From: Scyliorhinus canicula
Taxonomy: Eukaryota
Assembly (NCBI RefSeq): GCF_902713615.1
Contig: NC_052161.1
Location: 77,396,438-77,460,437 of the forward strand
Direction: 5' to 3'
Length of the DNA stretch: 64,000 nucleotides
This document shows, piece after piece, positions 25,491 through 38,219 of this stretch. Under the pieces are notes generated by a model. It was given only the letters and a program-made list of their open reading frames with translations. It searched no databases and was not told the origin of the DNA. Position 1 is the stretch's first letter. Every line of letters starts with the position of its first letter. The translations under genes were made by a program, and so were the position numbers.

Positions 25491-25715
25491 TTTTAAAAAT
25501 AAATTTAGAATACCCAATAATTTTTTGCCAATTAAGGAGAAATTTAGCGTGGCCAATTCACCTAACCTGCACATCTTTGGGTTGTGGGAGTGAAACCCAC
25601 ATAGACATGGGGAGAATGTGCAAACTCCACATAGATAGTGACCCAGGGCAGGGATTCAAACCCGGGTCATCAACGCCGCAGTCCCAGTGCTATCCACTGC
25701 GCCACATGCTGCTCT
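25491..25715 (-). mobile_element. Short V-SINE with A-rich tail and 14-bp TSD
   Basis: ATAGTCCA(C/G)TTATT at 25477-25490 and 25716-25729. Confidence 0.85.
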
Positions 25716-25764
25716 ATAGTCCAGTTATTCATGAAATGTTTCTGGTCCAATGATGTGGTCCAAA

Positions 25765-26550
25765 GGGCGGCACAATGGCACAGTGGTTAGCACTGCTGCC
25801 TCACAGCGCCAGGGATCTGATTTCCATTCTGATTTTGTGTAAGTCTGTGTGGAGTTTGCATGCTCTCCCTGTTTCTGCCTGGGTTTCCTCTGGGTGCTCC
25901 GGTTTCCTCCAAAGGTGTGCAAGTTAGATGGATTGTCCATGCTAAAATACCCTTAATGTCCAAAGGTTAGGTGGGGTTACGGGGATATGGTGGGGAGTTG
26001 GGCCTAGGTAGGGTGCTCTTTCAGAGGGCTGGTGCAGACACGATAGGCCGAATGGCCTTCTTCCGCACTGTAGGGATTCTATGATTCATATAAATCTCTG
26101 AGCGGTTAATTTAATTTTTCATACAGCACTGAATGAAACCATTTTATGGTTTACCATCAGTTATCAATAACAGTCATCCGTCTGAGGTGTAGGAACCAAA
26201 CAGAACAGAAATTCTCTTTTTATCAGGCAGTACGGTAGCATTGTGGATAGCACAATTGCTTCACAGCTCCAGGGTCCCATATTCGATTCCGGCTTGGGTC
26301 ACTGTCTGTGTGGAGTCTGCACATCCTCCCCGTGTGTGCGTGGGTTTCCTCCGGGTGCTCCGGTTTCCTCCCACAGTCCAAAGATGTGCAGGTTAGGTGG
26401 ATTGGCCATGATAAATTGCCCTCAGTGTTGGGTTGGATTACTGGGTTATGGGGATGGGGTGGAGGTGTTGACCTTGGGTAGGGTGCTCTTTCCAAGAGCC
26501 AGTGCAGACTCAATGGGCCGAATGGCCTCCTTCTGCTCTGTAAATTCTGT
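25765..26550 (+). mobile_element. Two HE1 V-SINEs (25765-26085, 26225-26550)
   Basis: tRNA head, V core, CR1-type tail. Confidence 0.88.
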
Positions 26551-26934
26551 GAATCAGAAGGGTCATTTTTCTTCTCATCAGAAAAAATAACACTTAAAAT
26601 GCTGGATTGTTTCAATGGGCAGAAAATGGAAGTTCACATTTTAAGTGTGGAAACGGTTTTTCACAACTGGAGGAGAGTCCAAATGAACATTATTCAAAAA
26701 GGAGCAGATCGAGGAATCAGGGAAAGAGATGAGTCGCAAAGTGCTTGGCTTTGGAAATGGGTGAAATGCGACAACAGGAGTTAAAATGAGAGAAATAAAA
26801 GAGACCGAGAGCGTGAGAATAGGGAAAAGGATGGCGATTTACGGATGAAATGGAAACTTGAGGACATCTCCTGATACACAAGTAACCTTGAAGAACGTTG
26901 AAATTAGCAATACAACTCATATCACAGTGTTATT

Positions 26935-27339
26935 TGATGTGTTGGTTATGCTGGGTCTGCGAGGACTGCGTTAACCATAGCAGTGAGAGAGACAGGCTTC
27001 CAACACTTGAAGAAATGCAACTCCATTTTATTCAACTCTTAACTATTGTACATACTTTAACTGTGGGGTTGACACTCTGCTGAGTTGACTGGAGACCTGA
27101 GGCTAACCTGACCAGACTATCTTACTACCACATGGTGGATGTTGCAGTTGTTGCTCACGGGCTCCGACTGTCTCAGAGGCTGCATCCCAAGAGAGCGGGA
27201 AAATTAGTGCCCTCTGACTTTATAGTGGCCGTGTCCTGTCTGGTGATTGGCTGCTGTGTTCTGTGTGTTCATTGGTCACCCTGTGTGTCAATCAATGCCT
27301 GTCTGTGCACCATCATATACTTGTGTGTATATTATGATA
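26935..27339 (-). mobile_element. Solo LTR, 405 bp, with 5-bp TSD
   Basis: TTATT at 26930-34 and 27340-44; TG...TA (decayed CA) ends; minus-strand TATAAA (~27220) and AATAAA (~27030) in the expected order. Confidence 0.75.
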
Positions 27340-27919
27340 TTATTTATGTAAAAGGGTGCCCAGTCCAAGCCACAACATAATCCTTCACCATCTCCCCTCT
27401 GCCCCATATCTCTGAAAGGCTGATACATCCATCTCACATTGCTAGAGCTACTGGGAGCTCTGATTAAAATCTAAAGTTGTTAAACTTGAGGTGAAGACCG
27501 AAGGGTTGTAAATGGCTGAGTTGATTTTCATTTGAACTGTAGGTAGGCCAAATGTAGAGGTGTCAGAGTTGAAGGAAGGGGAATTGATGTGGCAAATGGC
27601 TGGAAATTGGGGATGGACACTTCCAAACGCAAATTGTAAAATCCCAATCTAGTGGAGTTTTTCATGGAGAGTTGTGGACTTGATATTTTAAAACAAAGTT
27701 AGTGACTACTAGGAGCTAAATTAATATCATTATTTTCAATTGTTAACTTTGAAAGGAGCATAGCTCCTCCTTCTCTATTTGGGTTAGTTTAGGTAACAGC
27801 ATCGAATTGACCAATGCATCTAGCCACATTGCTAGGTGCCATGTGGTCTTTTAATCTATACCTGTGTAATTTTGCAAAATGAATTGTAAGCAGATAGAGC
27901 CTCGCCACCATTTTCTGAT

Positions 27920-29100
27920 CATAGAATCCCGACAGTGCAGAAGGAGGCTATTTGCTCCATGGAGTCTGCACTGACCCTCCGAAAGAGCATCCTACCGAGG
28001 CCCACCTCCCCCGCCCTATCCCCGTAACCCCACCTAACCTTCAGGACACAAGGGCTAATCCACCTAACCTGCACATCTTTGAACTGTGGGAGGAAACTGG
28101 AGCACCCGGAGGATACCCACTCATACACGGGAAGAAAGTGCAAACTCCACACAGACAGTCACCCGAGGCTGGAATTGAACCCCGCTCCCTGGAGCTCTGA
28201 GGCAGCAGTGCTAACCACTGTGCCACCATGCCGCCTCAATGATGATTCAGTTTCAGCAAGCAGGTATGTAATATGATAAAGTTCTGTATTGGTCTCAACA
28301 TAAATATCAAGTGGTTGTGTAATTTTGCAGAAAGCATGAACAGATGTGGTAATCATCAGTTTAGCAAATTAGTCTTCTGAAGGCTCTCAGTTCTAATTTA
28401 AAAGTCCTCAGGGTCCTCTAAATATAAATGGGCAATAGAAGTTTAAAAGGAAATTCCTTCAGAGGCATAAACATGTATAAACCATTAGGAGTCATTTGAC
28501 CAACTCTGAGATGTGATGCTATGAGAGGGGGATCTAATACAAAGACACAATTCAGTAGAAATTTGGTAAGAATCTGCTGAAAGAAATGTTTTATGCAGAA
28601 TTATAATTTAATATCTAACAGTATGGTTCAGAAAAATCAATTGGGATAAGTGCCATTAATGATTTGAAATAATAATTCCTAGTGTTAGCAGGAGCCTCGA
28701 GATGTGAAATATTGTTCAGATGAAACATGCAGATAGTACGAGAAGCAACACATTTAAACTTCAGATAGGAGTGATTTTATAAACATCCGACAGGAGTGAT
28801 TTGTGTAAACAGTGGTAAGCACTGCTGCTTCCTCACAGCCCAGGGACCAGGGTTTGATTCCGGCCTTGTGTGACTGTGTGGAGTTTGTATGTTCTTGGCG
28901 TGTCTGTGTGGGTTTGCTCCGGGTGCTCTGGTTTCCTCCCATAGTTGCAAGTTGTGCCGGTTAGGTAGATTGGCCATGGTTAATGCACATGGTTACGAAT
29001 GTAGGGTTGGGGAATGGATCTAGGTAGGGTGCTCTTTCGGAGGGTCGGTGCAGACTTGAAGGGGCAAATGGCCTCTTTCAGCACTGTTGGGATTCAACGA
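27920..29100. mobile_element. HE1 SINEs (-, 27920-28236; +, 28810-29100)
   Basis: V core and CR1 tail. Confidence 0.85.
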
Positions 29101-29419
29101 TAATGCCTCCAGCGAGTTACAACACACACAGAAAATTGCTGTAGGCACCACTGGACCGTGAGATCCCCATATTTGTATAAATTCAAGTCTATGCTATTTT
29201 AATGGGATTAATTAGCTGTTATGAGTTAATGCCTGTGGAAAAGGCAGAAACTTACACATATACATAAAGCAGGACACTGAAAATATTAAAACCGCAGAGT
29301 TTAGCTCTTTACCCAGACATTGTGTGTGTGTGTCAGAAGGATGCAGATTGGGCAGGTCATTCAGCCAGTGTCTCATGCTGATATGGTGCATGGACTGGTG
29401 CATGAACATGAACATGAGC

Positions 29420-29690
29420 ATGGGGCTGGTTTAGCTCACTATGGGGCTGGTTTAGCTCACATGGGGCTGGTTTAGCTCACTATGGGGCTGGTTTAGCTCA
29501 CATGGGGCTGGTTTAGCTCACTCAGCTAAATCGCTGGATTTTAAAGCAGACCAAGCAGGCCAGCAGCACAGTTCGATTCCCGTACCAGCCTCCCCAGACA
29601 GGCGCCGGAATGTGGTGACTAGGAGCTTTTCACAGTAACTTCATTGAAGCCTACTCGTGACAATAAGCGATTTTCATTTTTCATTTTCAT
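29420..29690 (+). mobile_element. Family-B SINE with five tandem copies of its 5' 20/21 nt
   Basis: ATGGGGCTGGTTTAGCTCAC(T) x5 at 29420-29522, then SINE body and (CATTT)n tail. Confidence 0.9.
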
Positions 29691-29959
29691 GAACTGCCAT
29701 TTTGGACCTTGTAGCTACTGTTAAACACACACAGCTGGATATGTATTCAGCTGCATGAGAGAGTCCCCAGCTAGGCTGTATAAAGACATCACAACTTTCA
29801 GGTGAGGTGCTTTTGATTTTATTTTCCTGCTGCAACATCAGTGGAAATACTCTGTGCGTCTTGTGTTGGTTGGGGGAGTTGACAGAAGTGTTTTCAATCA
29901 GAGGGGAATAATGCAGGACCTTTGGAGGGAGTAGTCTGGATTTGAAAGGTCTCTGAGCA

Positions 29960-30720
29960 ATAAACTTGCTGAGAATTACGGAGGATGAAGCTGGAGTTCC
30001 TCTTGGGATGCAGAATAATATCAGAGAGGGGAAGCTGTTTACAGAGGAGGAGGACACTTCACATTCCTAGCTGGGTTATTCAGAGGGCATTTTCCTCACA
30101 TTCACCTCATCTTGAAGCAGGGTTTGGGGGCGGCTTCACCAAGGAAATGTTCACTGAAAAATTCCACCCCTTCCAACTGGACCTGTCACTGTAGAACAAG
30201 GGAATTGTGGCACTGCCAGTGACTGTCATGGTCACTGCAGCCCTCAATTTCTATCCCGAATGGATTCTACCGTAGTGGAGCCCAATCTCTAACATTTCTC
30301 CATTCACCGTTTATTGTTGCATTAGAGAGACCATAGAGGAATTGTACAGGAAAGGGAGAACCTAATTGCAATGTCTCGAACCAGAGGGAAGCCGGAAGAG
30401 TGAGATTGTGGCTTTGCTATGTTGCATGATTCCCAAGCCGAGAGCGACGGCCTGCAGGCATGTAGCACTGTGGGTACTACATCTCAATGTGGAGATGTAC
30501 TGATGTACTACAACCCCTGTATGTGCAGTCAGTCTGCAGCCACTCCTGAACCATCATATTGGTGAATTCCCACTATCCTAACAGCACCCATGATGCTTCT
30601 ACTTTATCATGCAACTCTTTCCACCATATTTGAGCCACCGCTTTAAACCAAAGGATGATTTCTCAAACAGCAGGACTACCCACTGTACATGCAGCTAAGG
30701 ACTCCAGCATTCGGACAGCT
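29960..30720 (+). pseudogene. PIF/Harbinger transposase remnant
   Basis: ALPVTVMVTAALNFY, YNPLYVQSVC.H, HYPNSTHDAS and DYPL correspond to HARBI1-like DDE motifs; heavily decayed. Confidence 0.7.
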
Positions 30721-30766
30721 CTTCGCCAGTGGAACTGGGTACAGCTGAGTTGAAGATCAGTCAGCA

Positions 30767-31012
30767 ATGACAAAACAGGAGAGAACGTGTTGCCAGGATT
30801 TTGGATACCCTATTGGAGATTTAAGTGCAGAAGGTGCACAGGAAGAGAGAGAGAGCTTCCTCTTTTATGAGGCCAGGAGGCTCTCAAAACAGGTACTGAA
30901 AAGGCAGTGGCAGCAAGTAGCCAATGCTGTCTATGTAACCAGCCTAGGCCCAAGGATCTGGATGCAGTGCCAGATGGAGTTTAATTGCCCCACATGAATG
31001 GCCAAGGTCAGT
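30767..31012 (+). pseudogene. Harbinger Myb/SANT-like DNA-binding gene exon remnant
   Basis: LKRQWQQVANAVYVTSLGPRIWMQCQMEFN fits the trihelix pattern W..VA..V...S...R...QC...FN; followed by donor AAG|GTCAGT. Confidence 0.7.
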
Positions 31013-32814
31013 ATATTATATATCTGTGCCCCACTAGCCTCACAATCACTACAGCCCCTTCACCCATCCACCAATAATCCCTATCAATTAGGATCATAAC
31101 CTCACACTCGTAGCCTCACCTCATCCTCAGACACTTAGCACTGCTCCAGACTTAACGCCCAAATCTCACAGCATTTGCACATTGTGTTTGGGTGGATATT
31201 GTGCTGCCATTTTGCTACTAAATTAGCACCTGTAGTGTCACAACTTGGTACGAAGCAGACATCACAACTGGCTTAGAAGGGAAATGAGATAAGTATTTGA
31301 GAAGATATCAGGAAAAGTTATGGAAATGGAATTAAAGGAAAAGCTAGCAAGGACACAAGCTCAACTGGTCTCTTTCTCTGCTTTGATTTTTGACTTCAAA
31401 TATCAAGTAGATATTTTCAAATTGAAAATGTAGGAACTCGAGCTGAAGCATTTTGTTGTATTAGCACATTGGACCCGATCATAAAGAATACACTCCTTTA
31501 GAAGCGACCATTTATTGTTTGAGTAATTCAAATACCCTACAGATTTAATAAACAAGTACATTTCCTTTATTGGTAAAAGTTGTTTCTGATGGATTCTGAC
31601 AGATTTGCATCATGTTTGCTCATGGTGGATAATAAAAATTGCAACAAAGGAAAATAAGAGCCCCGAATTGGGACTTTTATTTTGAAGTCACTGCTCAGCC
31701 CCTGAGCTTGGTGAAGAACAAATAGGGAAACAGTACAGGAGCTGTGGGGGAACAGTTTGGAGTCTGTCAGTTCAGCCGTTTCTTTAATAGCTCTTAGTGT
31801 TTCTGTTTTCATCCTTTGCTGAGAATCAGGTATGAAATAATTGGGTATCACTTCACAGAGTGGCCTAAGGTTCTTTATCAGAGCTATCAAAAAGAAAGGT
31901 GAGTAGTTAACAGCTGTTTTAGTAAGTTGCTGGATTTTTATGGAACGTTATGTGTGAGAATTGTCTGTCGTCGTGTGACTTTCCTTTGCTTGGGATGTGG
32001 AAGGAGAGGTCTCGACTTTCGAATTAAGACTCCTCCAAGAACAAAAAGTGCTTGCCTTTAATATTGATTTGATTTTCAGTCAGCTCGTCGGCTATTCTAG
32101 TAAGGTAGTCAACGGGCCATAATGTTAATGCAAAAAGTGAACATTTTATATTCCCAGACCAATAAACCCAGAAATGACCTTTTTGGCTTTGAATTGATGA
32201 AGGGCACAATGTAATCTTGGCTAATGAGTTCCAGAAGGTGAGTACAGTGAGGGTCATTGACAAGTATTGGCCATTGGAAGTAAGAAAGTGTTTTTGTGTG
32301 TCTAGACAGTAAACGCCAGTCTAGGATTTTTATAGTTGCATACCGCACATGTTACCATGTCAGCGAATTAATGCATCACAGGAATGAGCATAATTAGTAA
32401 ATTTTGGAATATTTTAAGAGGGCAATATTTATAGGCAAGCATTTATAAATGTTAATAAGGTGTGTAGACTGTTTCATACAGCAACAGTACTCTGCTGTGT
32501 GACATTATTCTGTAATATTTTGGCAGTGGGATACCTCGGTACAATGTGTGACTCAGTAAGGTTCTACAGGACTTGAAACAAGAAGACATAGTTGCTATTT
32601 TTTTAAAAGACTAACAAATCAAAGTGGGGTAACTGCAGCCAATTAGTCAAAAATTGGCAACAATAAAATAAGACGAACTATTCCGAAGAGTTAGATTGGA
32701 GGAACACTGCAATTGAGACTAATTCTTGACTAAGCTATAATGCAACAAAATGACATGTATGCAATGAGGAAGCTCAACAAAATTACCTCAAGGGTGAACT
32801 GTTAGGAAACATTT

Positions 32815-34655
32815 GAGAAATAGGGAAAAGCCAGGTAGTTACAGGCCAGTGAGTCTAACTTCCGTGGTAGGAAATTTTTTGGAAGAAATTCTGAGGGATA
32901 TAATTAATCTCCACTTGCAGAGCCAAGGATTAATTAAAGATAGTCAGTATGGCTTTGTCAGGGGGAGATTACGTCCAAAAAATGTGATTGTATTTTTCAA
33001 GGGGGTGCTGACTCGGTGTGTAGATGAGGGTAGTGCAGTTGATGTAGTCTACATGGACTTCAATAAGGCTTTTGACAAGGTCCCACATGGGAGATTGATC
33101 AAGAAGGTAATAGCCCAGGGGATCCAGGGAAATTTGGCAGCTTGGATCCAATATTAGCTGAGTGGTGGGGGTCAGAGGGAGATTGTCAAAGGTTGTTTTT
33201 GTGACTGGAAGCCTGTGTCCAGTGGTGTTCTGCAGAGATCAGTGCTGGGTCCTTTGCTGATTGTAGTGTACATTAATGATCCAGATGTCAATGTGAGGGG
33301 TATGATCAGTAAGTTCACGGATGACATGAAAATTAGTGGTGTAGTAAATGGCCAGGAGGAACGCCTTAGGTTGGTCAGATGAGCAGAACAGTGACAAATG
33401 GAATTAATCCCTGAGGAAAAATAAAGCAAGGAATACACAACAAATAGTAATCATAGTAATCATAGAAACCCAACAGTGCAGAAGGAGGCAGCTCATCGGG
33501 TCTGCACCGACCCTCCGAAAGCGCACCGCACCCAGGCCTGCTCTCCAACCTTAATCCCACAGCCCCACCCAATCTTTTCACACCGAGAGGAATTTGAACA
33601 TGGCAATTCACCTAACCTGCACATCTTTGGGCTGTGGGAGGAAACCGGAGCACCCGAAGGAAACCCACGCAGACACGGGGAGAATGTGCAGACTCCACAC
33701 AGTGACCCAAGGCCGCAATCAAATCCGGGTCCCTGGCTCTGTGAGGCAGCAGTGCTAGCCACTGTGCTACCGTGCCACCCAATAGGTAGGACGGTAGAAA
33801 GTACAGAGGACCAGAGGGACCTTGGGGTGCATGTCTATAGATCCCTGAATGCAGCAGGGCAGGTAGATAGAGTAGCTAGAAAGGCATATAGGCCGGTATT
33901 CTACGACCCTCCAAGCTGAAATTGCGCTCAGCGCAAGGGTGGAGAATTATCCAAAATAGGCCCCCACGCCGGCACGTGATTCTCCGGTGACTGGAGAATC
34001 ACCACCATTTGCACGTGCGCAATCGATGTGGCGCCAGTCGGAGGCCATTGGAAAAGGCCCACCCTGGCGATTCTCCACGCTCGACGGGCTGAGTGCCTGC
34101 TGAATCCCACCGGCGTGGTTCTAATGTGGTTCCACCTGGTGGGAACTCGGAGTCTCGGCTGATGGAGGCGTTATGGTAGGGAGAGGCGTGGGGATCGGGC
34201 AACGGGGGGGGGGGGCCTCGACGACTGGCAGGCCCGCAATCAGGTGCCACCGATCGGTGGGCCATCATGATCCGGGAGCGACCTATCTTCCTCTGCGCAT
34301 GCCCGCTGTTTGGCTCCGTTATGTGGGCAGCACCCGTGCCAAGGTGGGCCATCGCGTGCATGCTTATATTATTTGGAATAGTAGTCCTTTATTGTAGCTT
34401 CACCAGTTTGACACCTCATTTTTTGGTATGCCTGATGTTGCTCCTGGCATTCTCTCCTGCACTCTTCATTGTACCAGGCTTCCTCAGATTCACCTGAGGA
34501 AGGAGCATTGCTCTGAAAGCTAGTGATTTGAAACAAACCTGTTGGACTTTAATCTGGTGTTGTAAGACTTCTTACTCTGCTCACCCCAGTCCAACGCTGG
34601 TATCTCCACAATATAAAAGCAGGGAGGTTATGATGGAGCTGTATAAAATGCTGTT
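32815..34655 (+). mobile_element. CR1 RT fragment interrupted by HE1 (-, 33450-33780), a MITE (33891-34365) and a Penelope-like piece (34479-34610)
   Basis: [36 protein letters not shown]; resumes at ~34611. Confidence 0.85.
34490..34526 (+). ncRNA. Minimal type I hammerhead ribozyme motif in a Penelope-like pLTR fragment
   Basis: TCAC-CTGAGGA-A-GGAGC(att)GCTCT-GAAA-GC-TA-GTGA: stem I TCAC/GTGA, core CUGANGA and GAAA, palindromic AGCT stem III, CUA cleavage triplet. Confidence 0.7.
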
Positions 34656-36074
34656 TAAATGGTTCAAATAAATGCACATCTTTTTTGCAATGGGGATCAT
34701 TGGGAAACTTGCATATGAGAGGATCTAAAGGGGAGTTAGTAACATAGTGGTCATGACACTTGTCAATAATACCTTGGGGACATGTGTTTAAATCCCACCA
34801 TGGCAGCTGAATAAGAAACTGGAATTGAACGTTATTCTCAGTAATGGTGTTGAGAAACCTATCTGGTTCACATTATGTCCTTTAGGGAAGGAAATCTGCC
34901 GTCCTTACCCGGTCTGGCCTACGTGTCACTCCAGACCCACAGCTAAGTGCTTGACTCTTAATTGCCCGCTGAAATGCCTAGCAAGCCACCCAGTTCAAGG
35001 GCAATTAGGGATGGGCAACAAATAGCTGGTCTGATCAGCAATACTATGAAAATTTTTTTTTAAAAAGAGAGGAATAAAACTTAATGTGAAAATATGGGTA
35101 CTGGAGGGGTTAAGCCAAATCGGAGAGTTAGAGAATGGCAGCAATGAAGAAGTTAAGTGCATGAGAAGGATGGGTTCAATGACTAAGACCTTTTATGGTC
35201 TTACAGTTCTTTTACAATTGTACAGCGTTGTGACCTGTGCTATTTTCTATTTGGACTGCAGCATGTGTCAATAGCCACGCTGATCTCTGTTTTAAATGGA
35301 GATTCACAGAGAGTAACTTCAACAGATTGGCCCCCTGTACTAACATTGCGAAAACTCTCTGCCTTATTCTGGTTGTACAACCATATACCACCCTTTTCAT
35401 GAATATACACAACTGGTTCCTGAAGCTAGGGGCTGTTTACACAATAAAGCATCCAATGGGACACAGCATGTGTGTCTGCAGTTAGCTGTGTTCCTATAGC
35501 AATATTTTTCAATCAAGTAGAATCTTTAACATACACAAATATCTGTAAGCACACCACAAAATGACATCAGGGGATAAAGAGTCTACTTTAGGGAACTATA
35601 TTAATGCAAATTATGAAGGAGTGCAACTGACTGAAAACACACTATAGTGCAGAAGCATCTTCAAACAATTGTTTGCAAAATATGGGTGAAAAGCTCTCCT
35701 CAAAGGATTCTGTCTCGAACTATCTTTAACATAGACTTGCCTCCATATTCTTCACTCGTTATGCTACTGTTCTTGTAAAATATCTGATAATCTGTTGATT
35801 TGAAATTTATTTTAATTCATATATGTAAATATATTGGAGAACATTTTGTATACCCAGAGTAAAAATAACAGGAGTGTTGATGTTCCGTTATATTTATGTG
35901 GTGTCCGTGGCCCAGAATTGTTGGGAAAATAATTATAAGTTTTATGTGCACGGTGTTGTTGATGGATAACTCACACAGTAATTTACAGTGAGGAAGGGCT
36001 GTATTGTGTGTTGCAAATAGCTATAAACTGTTTAAAATTTTACACCATTTCATTGTTAAACTCGTAAGAACCAC

Positions 36075-37012
36075 AGTGTGTGAGAGAGAGGGAGAGGGAT
36101 GAGTGTGCGTGTGTGTGCATGAGAGAGGGGTGAGTGTGTGTGCGTGTGTGAGAGGGGTGAGTGTGTGTGCGTGAGAGAGAGAGAGGGGTGAGTGTGTGTG
36201 TGCGTGCATGAGAGAGGGGTGAGTGTGCGTGCGTGTGTGAGAGGGGTGAGTGTGTGTGCGAGAGGGGTGAGTGTGTGTGCATGAGAGAGAGAGAGAGGGG
36301 TGAGTGTGTGTGTGCGTGCATGAGGGGTGAGTGTGTGTGCATGTGTGAGAGGGGTGAGTGTGTGTGCGTGAGAGAGAGAGAGAGGGGTGAGTGTGTGTGT
36401 GCGTGCATGAGAGAGGGGTGATTGTGTGTGCGTGTGAGAGAGAGAGAGAGGGGCATGAGTATGTGAAAGAGAGAGAGGGGTGAGTGCGTGGACGTGAGAG
36501 AGAGGAGTGTGTGTGTGTGCATGAGAGATGGGTAAGTCTGTGTGTGAGAGGGATGAGTGTGTGTTTGAAAGGAGTGAGTGTGTGCGAGAGGTGTACGTGT
36601 GCGTGAGTGTGAGAGTGAGAAAGGGCGAAGTGTGTCTCTGTGAGAGGGAGGGGTGAGTATATCTGTGTGAGAGAGGGGTGAGAGCGGTATGTGTGCATGA
36701 GAGAGAAAGATGGGTGAGATGTGTGTATGTGCATGAGATAGGGGTGAGTGTGTGTGTATGCATGACAGAGAGAGGGGGTGTGAGTGTGTGTAAGAGAGAG
36801 GGGTGAGCGTGTGTGTATGCGTGAGAGAAGGGCGAGTGTGTCTTTGTGTGTGTGAGAGAAAAGGGTGGGAGTGTGTATGCTAGAAAGTGAGAAAGGGCTG
36901 AGTGTGTGTGTGTGAGAGAGAGAGAGGGGTGAGTGTATGTGTGTGCGAGAGTGGAAGAGGGGTAAGTGTGTGTGCCAGAGAGAGGGGGTGAGTGTGTGCA
37001 TGAGAGAGGGGT

Positions 37013-37051
<39 letters not shown>

Positions 37052-37930
37052 GGTGATTGTGTGTGTGTGAGAGAGAGAGGGGTGAGTGCGTGTGAAAGAG
37101 AGAGAGGGGTGAGAGTGTGTGAAAGAGAGATAGGAGTGAGTGTGTGTGAAAGAGAGAGAGGGGTGAGTGTGTTTGAGAGAGGAGTGAGTGTGTGTGAGAG
37201 AGAGAGGGGTGAGTGTGTGTGAGAGAGAGATAGGAGTGAGTGTGTGTGAAAGAGAGAGGGGGTGAGTGTGTTTGAGAGAGGAGTGAGTGTGTGAGAGAGA
37301 GAGAGGGATGTGTGTGTGTGTGAGAGAGAGAGGGGAGTGTGTGTGTGAGAGAGAGGTGAGTGTGTGTGTGAGGGAGAGAGGGGTGAGTGTGTTTGAGAGA
37401 GGGGTGAGTGTGTGTGAAAGAGAGAGGGGTGAGTGTGTTTGAGAGAGGGGTGAGTGTGTGTGAAAGAGAGTAAGGGGTGAGTGTGTGTGTGAGAGAGAGG
37501 GATGAGTGTGTGAGAGAGAGAGAGGGGTGAGTGTGTGTGTGAGAGAGAGGGGTGAGTGTGTGTGTGAGAGAGAGGGGCGAGTGTGTGAGAGAGAGAGAGG
37601 GGTGAGTGTGTGAGAGAGAGAGGAGTGAGTGTGTGTGTGAGAGAGAGAGGGGTGAGTGTGTGAAAGAGAGAGGGGGTGAGTGTGTGTGTGTGTGAGCGGT
37701 GAGTGTGTGTGTGCATGAGAGATGGGTGAGTGTGTGTGTGTGCGTGACAGAGAGAGAAGAGTTTGTGTGTGAGAGATGGGTGAGTGTGTGTGTGCATGAC
37801 AGAGAGAGAAGAGTTTGTGTGTGAGAGAGAGGGGTGAGTCTGTGTTAGTGCGTGACAGAGGGGTGAGTGTGTGTGAGAGATAGGGGTGAGTATGTGTGTG
37901 TATACGTGTGTGTGAGTGAGATAGAGAGTG
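36075..37930. repeat. About 1.85-kb compound (GA)n/(GT)n low-complexity satellite with a GAGAGGGGTGAGTGTGTG core
   Basis: Directly visible; explains the spurious HT/SL-rich ORFs. Confidence 0.95.
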
Positions 37931-38219
37931 TCAACCTCTCTGTGAGTTTCAGGAAATTACTGTTGAAACAACGTAACCTATATTCAGAAAGACTGGGCTA
38001 GTGCTTAACAACATAGGATGTTCCATTCAATCTCTCCGTCCATAAAGAGAAAAATAGAAACTGTGGGCTCCCAATGGTGATAAATTGTTCCAAGTAAAAA
38101 TTATTACGTTTTAGAACAAAGATATACTAGCTGAAAGGGGAATAACATTTTAACTTTGCCATTAGATGCCTTGCTGCAGAAATTCTAGGTAACTGAGGGT
38201 TGAAAAGGGAAGCAGTCAG

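Noticed and set aside
36021-37797. Long ORFs (160-326 aa) rich in H/T/S/L
   Set aside because: Translation of dinucleotide repeats.
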